A stretch of 64,000 nt of DNA, from assembly GCA_964016885.1 (NCBI GenBank), contig OZ024754.1, positions 40,362,001-40,426,000 on the forward strand, in the 5' to 3' direction. Source of the DNA: Eledone cirrhosa (lineage: Eukaryota). Below the pieces are notes generated by a model. That model had not been told where the DNA came from. It saw only the letters and a list, made by a program, of their open reading frames with translations, and searched no databases. Position numbers and translations under genes: made by a program. Numbering within the stretch: the first letter of the stretch is position 1; each line of letters starts with the position of its first letter. Positions 31,748-46,179 of the stretch are shown here, one piece after another.

Positions 31748-33359
31748 CATATAAGTGGGGGGAAAAAAAAAAAAATCAAACCTATTTTCAAAATTGCTCA
31801 TTTAAAATAAAATTTCCCACCAGTAAGAAGAAATATATGCAAAGCTGATATGTTCAGAATTGCGTGCACTTCAAGCATTAGAATGAAAATGGTTTGGACT
31901 TGTTCAGAATAGATTTCAGAAATACCAAATTAATATTAATTTAATATGGGCTTTATATGCTATACTGTGCACAAAGATGAGAAAATATTTGGCAAGAGTT
32001 TGTAAATCAACCAGAAAAGGTGGCTTGTGGCACTGTGACGTGCAATGGATTAAACAATTCAGCACATAGGATTAAATAAATGCAAGTGCATGCTATTTGC
32101 CAAAAACAAGTGATACCAACACACCATATGTGGTCTCAAAACATGACTAAATGTTAAAATAATTCTATTAAATAATGTAGTTGGTATGTTGATAAATATT
32201 AATTTGAAGATCGTTATAGATTTAAACCCTATCGCTACCATATTTCTAATGAAAGACACTGCCTTTGATTATCAAGTAATGTTGAAAATAATCAAGAATT
32301 TTAGGGATTTAATAATAAAACTTTCTCATTATTAAGCCAGTGTTTAGAACAAAGTTACATAAAATTATTTATCTAAAACCCTTCCATCATAATTCTATGT
32401 AAGAAAATTTTATGTTTAAAATTCTAGCTTAAAAATGAGAAAGTTATATTCCTAAATCCTCACAAATTTTCGATTATTTTTGAAATTAATAACAAATCTT
32501 AGCCAATTTGAAATCTGATAAACGTTAAAATATTACATTTAGAGACTATAAGTCATTAAATACTTAATCTTACTAATGTTAATTAACACCAAAAATGTAC
32601 CAAGAGCATTGTCTTGAAAACTTTGGGACTAGTATACCACATACTTTTATCTACTCAGATGAAACATTAGCAAATACCTTTACTATATACATTGAATTAT
32701 ATATAGATATTTAAAGTATCTAAGTATAAAACACCCTAAGTTTCTGGTCAAATACTAAAATGTATGTGTTTGACCAACAAAAAGGTCAGAGAAACTGCTA
32801 AATATAATTTGTAAGAATGGATATGAATTACACCAGACTTTAAGGACAGTACACTGAAATTCTATTTTGAGGTTAAGAATATGTAAAGCCTTAATCAGCC
32901 AAATACAAAGAAGTATGAGGAAAAGAGAACATCACTATTAAAGTGAAACAGTGACATTACTAGTTGTGAGGTTTACCAGCATCTCCTTTTATATAAAAAT
33001 GAAATTATCTATATAACTATATAATTAGTACATGTCTACATGTTCACTTAAAAGGTAAACACGAATGCTATATAATATCTTATTCAGTTCTGTTTCATAA
33101 TCTATAACTTTATATAAGATTTTCTTCCCATGATAAATACAAAATTAATATCAGAACAAAAATTTATTGAGCTGAAATTTTAAAAACAATAAATATATAT
33201 GTATATTTTAGAGAAAATATCCTGCATGTTGGTCCAAAACAAATTTTTAAAAAATCATGAGAAGGTGAAGAAAGTTACAAAATGACAGAAAGACAATTTT
33301 AATAAAATAAATATTTTTAACAATAAGGTGAATGCTTTAAAAAATCCAAGAAAACTCAC

Positions 33360-33422
33360 CCATCATCATAACTACATATGCCAATTCCCTGCATTAAATT
33401 CAGTTCATCTGCACATCTCGTT
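33360..33422 (-). CDS. YY1: candidate YY1 exon 6 (63 nt, phase 2-2; TRCADELNLMQGIGICSYDDG)
   Basis: Acceptor ttttgtag, donor gtgagt, open in the frame left by exon 5. Confidence 0.55.
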
Positions 33423-34058
33423 CTACAAAATATTAAAGATTTAACAAGTCAGATCTGACCAAAGAAATGTTTAGTTTCTCCATTACCAATACTATCTGCC
33501 AGTTGCATATCCAGGCAGAAGGATGCTGAATCTATATTCAGAATGCACGATGTATCCCATCTGGCTCTTTAACAATTCTACCAATCCCCTACCCCTGGAT
33601 AAGTACTTTAACCACCCTGAAAGGCAACCGTGGCAGGAACTCAGAACAAATATGTCATTTAATCCATCAACTAGAAATCACCGAGCTTGCATCAATTCAA
33701 TTAACAAGCTATTTTGATTTATAAACAGTCTGTTTGAAAGACATGTAATTAATATCATGGATACTAATTGCTTTAATTGCAAGTGATACAATATTCACTT
33801 TCATTCTCCATCAGTTTTCCATGCTGGCATGGGTTGGATGGGTTATCATGGTCCAAGGCTAGATGAGGTTGGGACCCATGTTTTGGCATGGTCTCTACAG
33901 CTGGATGCCACTTCTAATGTCAACCACTTTACAGAATGTATTTGTTGCATTTTATTGTGAAACCAGCACTACCACTTACAGAATAACCATCAGTAAGTAT
34001 ACAAGAAAAACATTTTTTTTTGTAAAAACGCTACACCTTGGAAATTAAGTTTTTCTCA

Positions 34059-34409
<351 letters not shown>

Positions 34410-34596
34410 TTATGGTTGAATTAAATTAAACCACAAAATCATTATGTTGGCGTGAGCTTGTATCATTTGTATATGAAAAATGTAGTTTTTCTTATATATG
34501 TATACATACATATATATCAATTACCTACTCTACTACCTCAAGTATTGAGTACTCTGGTGGGTTATGGTCTACCTGGTTTTTACCACACCCTATCTG

Positions 34597-34627
<31 letters not shown>

Positions 34628-34985
34628 CCAAAGACTACATAGACATCAGAAACCTATGTTATATTTTTATTGTATCCTTTTGTAGTTTTTTTCTCATACA
34701 AATAATTCTTTCTAACATTGACACAAAGCCAATAATTTGATAGAAAGAGAATGTCAATCATATTAACCTCAGTATGTAACTGGTACTTTCTATTTTATCA
34801 ATCCCAGATGACTGTAAAGCCTTTTGTCCAACACTACCCTTTTTTTATACAAACAATGGTTTCTGATTTAGGCCCAAAGCCAACAATTTTAAGAAGCAGA
34901 GAAAGTCGATTAAATCAACCATAGTACACTACTGGTACTTTATTTTCTTATACAAATGATGCCAGCTTTTAGCCCCCAAAAATCA

Positions 34986-35258
<273 letters not shown>

Positions 35259-35801
35259 CTACAAATAAAATTAAGAAAAAAAAAAAAAGAAATTAAAATA
35301 ATGATAAAAATCAAATAGATACAATATATAAAATGTTACATTTAATTTTAGGGAAGGTATGTAGCCTAGTGGTTAGAATACCAAGGTGAAGATTGTAAAG
35401 TCATGAGGTTGATGGCATGTGACCTTGAGCCAGACAATTCATTTCATGTTGCTCCAATTCACTCAGCTGAACAAAATAGCTGGTTACTACAGACAGTTGT
35501 CCTACAGGAGGGGAGTTATATATTGCTGGCCACATGAAACCAGGATAAACTCAAGCCTGATGGGCAACATCTAGGCTTAAGACTTTAATTTCATTTTATT
35601 TCCATAATCTTGTCCTGGAATCCTGGAATGATTACACAAGAGACAATCTCATAACTGTCTTGAAGTGTAAATTTAGAGAAAAGTAATTAGTCTAGAAAGT
35701 TATTTTTAATGACTTAGTCACATGCTGTTAGCTGTCTGGTCTAGAGCTGACAGCATGTAAGTCATAAAAAATAAATCAAAAGGTTTAAGAAACGTGGTTA
35801 C

Positions 35802-35859
35802 CTTATGAGGGCAGGGCACTGTACGGGGAACATCATCAGTAGGCTTTCTTGGTTTTATT
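35802..35859 (-). CDS. YY1: YY1 exon 3
   Basis: (R)IKPRKPTDDVPRTVPCPHK; acceptor ttacttttag, donor gtaacc; 58 nt restores phase 0. Confidence 0.93.
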
Positions 35860-36878
35860 CTAAAAGTAAGAATAAAGGTTTTTAAAATAATAATTTTTTT
35901 AAGTTTCTACTGAAAACTGGATTTCTTTACTAGTTAGCTGCACATTTTGAAAATACAACAAATACAAAAATATACAGCAGGAAAAAGAAGAGACAATATG
36001 AAACTTAAAATGCAGAAAGCAAAATCAATATGAGCAAAATGAAAAAGTAGGAATCGGGTTGAAGAAGGATCAAGTAAGAACAGGACAGGGATAAAAAAAT
36101 AATTTTGTTGAAGTCAACTATTGAATAGAGGCCATGTATCGTATCTGGTATATATACATGTTATAATAATTATATAAAAAAGATAAGTTAACAATCTTCA
36201 ATATTGTAGTCAAGCTAATCCCACAACAATGCTGAATTTTATATATATTATATATGTACATTATATATTTTAGGAATATGTAGTAAAAAAGAAACACCAC
36301 AAAACAAAAATACACACATACACACACACACAAAGTTTAGAGAAATATTTTTTTCAATTATTTTCTATATTCTATTTTAATAAAAACAACAACAAAAAAA
36401 CTCTTTACATCATGTAAGAATTTAGCTGAAAATATCTAAAGATGTGTTTAGACCATTGTGAAAATGTGCAATATTTGCATAAAGTCTTTATAATAATTGT
36501 TTCTAATTTTTGGCACAAGGCCAGCAAGTACCCCAGTGCATTACTGGTGCTTTATTTGAAAGGCAAAGTTAACCTAGGTGGGATTTGAACTCAGAACGTA
36601 AAGGGCCATAACTCTAAGCACGGTGTCTGATGCTCTACCAATACTGCCAATCCACCACCATTAAAATCTATTATAATGTGATGCAGTCATATTGCTGTTT
36701 TCAACATTTCAAGAATGTCTTGCCAATGTGGTTTCATGCATTAACAGTTAAATATATCCCCCCCCCTTCTTTTTTAAATATCAATGACCCAAAGAAGGAA
36801 ATAAAGTCTAGGTTTTCTCATTTGATTACATTTTATCAGTGATTAGAAATAGGATTTCAATTCTAAGAAACACCCTAT

Positions 36879-37101
36879 TTAACCCTTTAGCATTCACATT
36901 ACTTTATATTTACTATTATATTTTCAGGATAAAGGCTTTACCTCACATAATTATCTTACATAATATCGAATCTATGATATTTTGATATTTATTTTGAGAA
37001 TACCTTAACATTAGTACGAGTGGCTGGTTACAGCTAGTTTGAACAGAAAGAGGTGAGATAATTCTAGCCAGATATGACTGGTTTAAATGCTAAAGGGTTA
37101 A
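36879..37101. mobile_element. piggyBac-like MITE
   Basis: TTAA-CCCTTTAGCATT ... AATGCTAAAGGG-TTAA: perfect TIR with TTAA flanks. Confidence 0.75.
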
Positions 37102-39776
37102 TAAAGTGTTAAAGTCTTTTTTCTTTATATTAAAATTAGGGGATATATATATATAAAATCTGGAAAAGGAAAACCAAAGTGATTAAAAGGAAAATAAGAC
37201 AAAGAAACTTTGTTTTTTTTCAAAAGCTAACTATTGGTTACTACTCGGCACATTCATCAGCAATACTAAATAAACATCTTAGAAAACACCTGTAGGAAAG
37301 GAAAGAAATCAACTATTATGATTGTTTTTACTTATGTAGTTAATGTTTTGTTCATGAGGATACACTTTATTTACACACACATACAAGAGCAAAACACTAG
37401 AGAACGAAACAGAAATAATATTTTCTGTTTAAACAAAACACTCATCTACTAAATATATGAAAAAGCAACCATAGCAATTGTTAGTGCATTCATAAATTTT
37501 AAACATTGTGCGAGCGAGGAAAGAAAATCACTATGGAGAAATATTTTACTATTTGTTAAAGTTGTGACTTAGATATTAAGTCTTTTTTATATTATAGTAA
37601 TCCACATAAATGGCAGAATTATGTTTAAATTGGCAGAGAGGTCTGGGGAATGGGTAAAATTAGCAACCACATAAATACTTATATTTATTTATACCACCCA
37701 CTTCCTTTGTAATTGGAACAGCTTTTTTAAGGGAGGAAGCAGACCACAATATAAATTGCTAACCTGATATTAAATTTACAATGATTCCTAGTTTCTCATG
37801 CCATAAATGGAGAGAATACCAAAGACATGCAACTCAAAAACTAAAATCAAAGACTTAGCACCAATAACAAAAAAACAGGTGATTTAAGATTTATAACTAT
37901 TTTAATATATATAATAAGCAAACCAAATAATAGTCTTTCGACTGCAAGAGCCAAAATAAGAACAAAAATATATTTTAAAAAACACATAAAAAATAATAGG
38001 CTCAAATATATAAGACAAGATTACATAAAAAGTGGACAAAAAGGAACCAGAAGCGTTCAACCTGTGCTTACCCAGAAAGGCGCGAATGGTAAAGCCCATC
38101 CAGGTCAACGGTCAGGTCACGTTTTTCTTTCCTCGCACGTACTGTAGAGGTGTTACTAGATTAAGTAAAAGAGAAGGTCTTTATGAAGCAGCCTCAGAGA
38201 CAGAAAGGAGAAAGAGAAAACAGAGAAAGAGAGAGGATGTGTGTGTGTATGCATGTGTTGAGAAAGAGGTGTTAGAGGACACCACTTCAGGTTACATCAA
38301 ATAAGGTGTCTTTAAAAATTGTAAATGGTGATGGCCATAGGTTTTGAGGAGCAGAATATATATTCCCTAGTGCTGCCTAAGAACAGCAGAGGTTATTATC
38401 AAACAAAGAATATTTAAATATACTGTTATAATCATACCTACATTTATAGTTATTGGCATTGTCATTTGAACAAAAAATAGGCTATCCTTAAAAAGGTCCT
38501 ACAGCATTGTTCAAAAATTACGCTATCCTTAAAAGGAGCCCTAAAGTCTGCAAAAAATCTAATCTCTAAAAACGATGACGTATAAAATAAATAAAAACCC
38601 AATGAACCATTACGATCCAAACTATATGGGTAAATTACTAAAGGCAATAATAACAACAAAGAAATTAGGATGTAAAATTATCATTATTATTGATAATAAA
38701 GGATATATATATAAACGTTAAAATAAAATACTTAAAACAAATTAAAATCCCCACATCTAATTAAAAACAAGAGCCTATATTCATCTTTAAAGAGTCCTCA
38801 ACAATATAAAATTGAAGAAGCTAAATTTTAAACATTATTCAACAATCTAAAAAAAAAAAAAAGGAACTTTTCTTACAATATATAATTTTTTCAAACTATT
38901 TTTTTTCTCTACATAGCACCAGTTAGATTTTAAATGCAATGTAAATTAAGTTAGCACCATCATCACATAAGTGATGACATACACTACTGAACAGTGGTCA
39001 AGGAATTATTATTATTAAAGTAAGCTATGATTAAAAAACATCTTTATTGCCTTCAAATTAAAATGAGTTCATGCTAGTACTGAAGACAGTAGTAATACAC
39101 CAGTAAAAGAATTTAATGTGATCTGCTTCCAATAGAAACAGCCAAATTTCTATTGTCTTTAATTACTTGTAGAAAATTAATAATTTCAGATAGAATAGAC
39201 AAGAATAAATAATTGGAAATTTTATATGAAAAGATCAAGATGAAAAGTCAACATTTTTAGGAAGATATCCACGCAAGCAATGCTTGGTGCAGCATGCAAA
39301 AAAGCATGCTAACTGTAATTTCTGCCATTATTCTAACCAACGTCATTTTCCATCATTTTAATGTGTGTGTGTGTGTGTGTTTGTGCATGTGCTTATATAT
39401 ATATATGCGCATGTGTGTGTGTATTGTGTTGTAAATGGATGTTTTCTGAAATATAAAAAGATTTGAGAAATGATTTGTGCAGAAGTGAAAAAATAAAGAA
39501 GCCATTAGTTTGCCATAGAGTGCTCCCACCAAGAAAAGACATTCACATTTTCAGTTCTTCAATAGAAGAGTTTGTAAAATATCATTTTTGAGCCAGCAAT
39601 TTCATTTTCAAAATTATACAAACTCAAATATTTTTACACAATATAACACATCCTTGGTACTTTAACTGATCGTCTGATGTGTAAGCTCAAGATGAGTATC
39701 TGTTTACTTTATAAGACAAGTATAAATTATTAAAGTTTTTTCAAAGCTCGAGTTGAGGCACGAGTGTATTACAATA

Positions 39777-39866
39777 TATAGAATAATGAGAAAAACTCAA
39801 TGCAAGAATAGCTGTCAAAACAGCAAAATACCGTTCCTTCCATCAAGTTTTTCTCATTATTCTATA
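39777..39866. repeat. 21-bp perfect inverted repeat with 48-bp spacer (MITE-like)
   Basis: tatagaataatgagaaaaact (39777-39797) / agtttttctcattattctata (39846-39866). Confidence 0.8.
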
Positions 39867-40342
39867 AATATTAATTATTAATTCAATAAAGAAAAAAAAG
39901 AAAAGAAGCTGAACATCAGATCAGACCAAGAAAACTGTTTCCATTGCTGATACTATCTGATGGTCACCAACTCCTGTCAGGAGGCAGGATCTGAACCAAT
40001 CTGTCCTTGGACTGGTACTTTATTTTGACCCCCTCAAGAGATGAAAGACAAAACTGACATTGGCAGGATTTGAACTCAGAGCGTAGAGAGAACAAGGCAT
40101 TTCACCTAACACTCTAACGGCACTTGCCAATTCACTGCCTCAATAAATAAAGAGTTTATTTAAATTGAACATAATTAACAACAGAATGCATGAAAATTTA
40201 AAATAATTTCTGAACTGATAACTAATGAACAGCTTTTCTGGTAAGAGATGAGGTGAAAGTGAGATAAAAATATTGAAAATTGAATCATATATATTTAAAC
40301 AAAAAAAAACTTTCTGAAACATCAGACCATATTGATAGCTTA

Positions 40343-40525
<183 letters not shown>

Positions 40526-42679
40526 TCAAACTTTATAATGTCCGAAGAAAAAAATGCTTATGATACCAACCCACCTGAAACTGGCTTCGGTCCTACAATA
40601 CAAAGCTGTTTGTTTTATCTAAAAACTTTCCATCATAATTTTATGAAAGAAATCATGCTCCGAATAAATAAACTAAATTCTTATTTTTAAAAAGATTGTG
40701 AAAATCAGCCAAGTTTTAAAAATGTGACATGGTGGTACCCCAGCATGGTCTCAGTCAGATAGCTGGAACAGGTAAAAGACTTGAGCTGATACCACACCAG
40801 CTCAGTTAAGTGGACTGGTCAAACTACTAGAGAAGAAAATGACAGGAAGGGGTGACCTCCGATAGTTTAGGTGAAGGAGGATGTAGTGATGATGAGAATA
40901 TCTAAGCAGTGATAGTGGTGGAGGCATGGATGGTGTAGTCAATAGCATGGAGGGAGAGCACTGATCAGGAAGGACATCCTACTGTAGAAACCATGTGACA
41001 ACTGGAACGTATGTGACGCATAGCCCCCAGTCTATCTGAGTTGACAGTAGCTCCAATTAAACACTGATTAAGTTAGATCTGTGTCAACCTGTCCAACCCA
41101 TGCTAACATGGAAGAACAGACATTAAATGGTGATGATGAACATGTCAAATACAAACGTAGAGTTCTAGTAGCAGTCAACTGTGTTGTTTATGTCTTTAAG
41201 AATGTCAAGAGTTAAAGAATTTGTTATGAATTTGATGCCGAAAATATCTAAACATTTTTCACTGAGAGTACAGTAATGTCACTGTACTGGGTAAAGTATC
41301 CTATATGTGTTTAAACTGTTTCAAGCGAAGGAACATTATTTTAGTTGATGCCAAATATTGGGGTCTGACAAGTTTTGATGTATTGTTTATAGAGAACAAT
41401 GGCATATTTTGGTAATCTTCCTCAAAATATGTTTTGCCACAGAATTCTCAGGAAGTATCAATACTTGTTTGCTTCCATCATCATTATTTTTACAGCCTTT
41501 TTTTATGCTTGCAAGGGTTAGACCAGGGTTTCCCAACCTGGGCGATATTGCCCTCTGGTGTAACTGAACAGTAAATGGTGGGTGATTGAAAATTTTGAAT
41601 ATTAATAAGATATTTCAACATATATTACACCCCCCCCCCCCCCAATTTTTTTTTTCCGTGTAATATATGTTGAAATACCTTCTTAAAAATTTACCAGAAC
41701 ATGTTGTTACTCTAAAATTAGATTGTTTGACACCTGTATGAGAAGTGTGATGTTTGATGGCAGCAAGACATGGGTGATGAGTTTGGAAGATGTTCAAAGG
41801 CTGGAGAGAAATGAATCATATTTTATTGGATGTGTAATGTGTAGTGTGTCTGAACAATGAAGTATGGGTAAGCTGAGGGGAAACACAGGACGTGAACAAC
41901 AATGGGTAGATACAGATGACAGAAGGAAAACCATTGGTGAATAAAAGAAATATAAAATGACCCCTTGGAACAACAATGGAGATGAAAACACTTGTTAAAG
42001 GTAAACAGGTTTTGTGGTAACATGTCAATTTGTTAATCTGAAAATCAGCCCGACAGACGAATGTAAAAAGTCAATCAATAGACTTGGAATCAGTCCTAAG
42101 AGAAGAAAATAGAGAGAGATAGGTTTATTAATAATTAAAGACCATTTAGCAAAAAACTTACTGTTTAATGTCAAGTTTCCAGAGCAACAATAATAATTGT
42201 TTTTACTTTAGGCACAAGGCCAACAGTTTGAAAGTGAGGGGAAAGTCAATTAAATCAACCAGTGTGCTACTGGTACTTCATTTTATCGAAGTGTAATGTA
42301 GCAGATACCAATCAAATTGTTTGAGGCAAGATCTATACACATACACACACATATATACATACATACATATATATACACACACACACATACATCATCATCA
42401 TTTTATGTCTGCTTTTCCCTGCTTACAAGGGTGGGACGGGAACTGATTCTGGCTTGATTTCTACAGCTGGATACCCTTCCTAACACCAACCTCATTTACA
42501 GTGTGGGCTAGGTGCTTTTTTGCCGTGGCACCTCCACGACCACTTTGCAGTGGAATGATAGGGACCCCAGTCCCTATCATCTCATTTCTACAGCTGAGTA
42601 AACTGGAGCAATGTGAAATAAAGTGTCTTGCTCAAGGAAACAACACATCACCCGGTCTTTCGAGTGTGTATATATATAT

Positions 42680-42710
<31 letters not shown>

Positions 42711-42719
42711 CATATCAGT

Positions 42720-43300
42720 CATATGGACGCCAACCTGTACGTTAAATTCCTTGTTATAGTCATTGTTAACTCTAACTTGGCTGACTGCTCCCCTATACAT
42801 GGCTTGTGCAGCCTTCACAAGCCATTCATCTACTCCTAAAAGCCCACCAGATTATGGCACGGGGAACTCAGTTGAAGGCTTTTTCTAGATAGACAAATGC
42901 CAGGTAGAGCGGCTTACTTTTAGCTAGGTACTTTTCCTGTAACTGCCTCACAAGGAAGAGAGTCTCTGCGGTGCTTAGCCTGGCACACACCCGAGCTGCA
43001 TCTCATCTAGATTTACCTGGTCCCTAATGAGCTATGCTATAACTCTTTCTGTTACTTTCATGACCTGGTCCATTAAGCTTTATACCTCTATAGTTTCCTC
43101 TTTCCTCTATCTAGTGCATCTCCTTTACCCATATAGCAGTGGACAATGATGCTGCTGCGCCAATCATTTGGTATGACGCCTTCTAGTAGTACTTGGTTAA
43201 CAATACGTGTTATATTGTGTCCTACCGACCCAGATGCTTAGCATCTAGTCAACTATTCCCGATGGACCGGCTGCTTTCCTAGTCTTCATATCCTTAATTG
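42720..43300 (-). mobile_element. degenerate RTE-like LINE RT N-terminal fragment
   Basis: The minus strand reads VRQLQEKYLAKSKPLYLAFVYLEKAFN*VPRAIIWWAF (RT motif-A region) with stops. Confidence 0.7.
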
Positions 43301-43883
43301 CCTTTAAGTATATATAACTATATATATATATATTATATACACACCATTGTCTATATTTATTCCGTCTACCGTTTAGGAAATCTCGCAATGATCTTCGGAG
43401 TACACGGTTTCCTCATTAACCGTTTATTAACAACTCCTTTTATTAAACTGGTTGTTTTAAAATGTTTATATTCATTTTTGAAACCGGCTAAGAAAATATT
43501 TATTTTATAACCTTCCATAACAATTTTATGTAAGAACCTTTGTTAAGTTACGATCCAAACGTCAGCTTAATAACGGGAATGTTCGCTATATTACTAAATC
43601 CTTCCAAAAGGGACCTGCCGTATATTTTTTAAAATTATTTTTTTCGGTCATTAACCATTAATATGCTGCGGTTTAAAGATCAGGTGTGATTTGATGGCAA
43701 TATAGCTGCTATTTCTAGCAAGTGGTGTGGCCACATAAGCTCCCATATAGTCGTTGTAATATTATATTTATTGTATACGCGGACAGGCAGAATTATATCA
43801 GATTCTATTGTGTAATAAAATGTAATATTCAGCCTTAAATTAAATGCTCTACCGACTATAACAAGCTATAACAGAATCTATGT

Positions 43884-43927
<44 letters not shown>

Positions 43928-44820
43928 TCTAACAATCGAACGTTTCCTATGAGTAAATTCTTAATGACATTTTCTTAGGTTTACGGAAGTAAATAGGGAG
44001 GAAGATAGTTTATTTGTTAGATTATCGACAACAACTGAGGATCAAACAAGGTATTTTTTTTCTAGAAAAGGAATGGATGAAAAAAACGGAAGCAAAATAA
44101 ACATTTTAAACGAATTCCATTCCAATTTAGAAGTGTAGAATTAAATCACTGACACAAGAAATCGACAAAGTAGAAATTACGCCATAAGAAATAGTTGTCA
44201 AATGATGAGTTAAATGAATATTAGAGAGCAATATATCCGTAGAATTATGAAATTAATTATTTTTACACTTGATAATCTAAAAAATATTATCTTTTCTACT
44301 TGAAAAAACAAGATATAATGTAAGAATTAAAAACCAACAATAGTTGGTAGTGAAACTACATTCGTCACGTATTTCATTACACATAAAAGACCAGAAAATT
44401 TTTTTTTTTAAAGCAAACATTTAAGTTTATTATTTTAAAAAATCACTCATAAATGTATACAGATAATGTTGATATATTGATAGGATTTGTCTAAATTTTA
44501 TTTAGATAACGACTCAGGCTTACCTAAATGAAACAAAAAATCGTTAAATACACATTATCCACACAGTAGCGCGCACTTGCTGGCAGCCATGAAACACACA
44601 CATACACATATATAGAAATACAAACGCATAGACAATAGTGAGGTGACTCCACTACATATCCTGGAAATTTGACATATTTAAAGCCCAATTACAAAAATAA
44701 ACTTTACCAAACTATTCTATAGCTTGTTATAAAAAATATTTACTGAAATTTATTACGGTAATAAAGTTCCCAGTGGAATAATTTCGTATGAATTTCAAGG
44801 ACGACCAAGTTACTGTTCAC

Positions 44821-44903
44821 AAAAATGGCCGCCATCCGCCATAGTATATTTTCCGCCATATTCTCAGAATATGGCGGCGCCCATGAAAATCATGATGGCC
44901 GAC
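44821..44903. promoter_or_regulatory. cluster of 6-7 YY1-type sites (GCCAT/ATGGC) in YY1 intron 1
   Basis: aaaaATGGCcGCCATccGCCATagt...ccGCCATattctcagaatATGGCggcgcCCATg...tgATGGCcg in an otherwise AT-rich intron. Confidence 0.8.
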
Positions 44904-45206
44904 TTCAAAATCAAAACAAACATGTGTATAGGTAACAATATTCCTCAAAGATGACTTAAAATAGTGTCCACTCTTCTTTAAAATGGATATAGAACGGCTA
45001 CATAAAATGCCCCAGTTTGTGGCTTACGTCACATAGATGCTATGACCTTTTCAACATAGATTTATTGACGTTCTTTCTCGAGTAGCAGCTTATCCGTCTA
45101 GTGTTTGACGTAAATACTCGATGTGGGCAAGAAATGATACTAAACTAATAAAAATAATATGTATATACGGATTAATACAAAATATATATTGAAAGTAGAT
45201 AAATCA

Positions 45207-46097
<891 letters not shown>

Positions 46098-46179
46098 ATG
46101 GGTGCTAAAGTTTCTAGGAAAGATTTTGAATGGTCTTACACTCAGGAACCACATGCTTCGCGAAGGAAAGCAATAATGG
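46098..46179 (+). CDS. DEGS1: sphingolipid delta(4)-desaturase, coding exon 1
   Basis: [27 protein letters not shown]+G; donor gtaagg; 82 nt, too short for the ORF track. N-terminal MG myristoylation motif. Probably co-orthologous to DEGS1/DEGS2. Confidence 0.95.
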
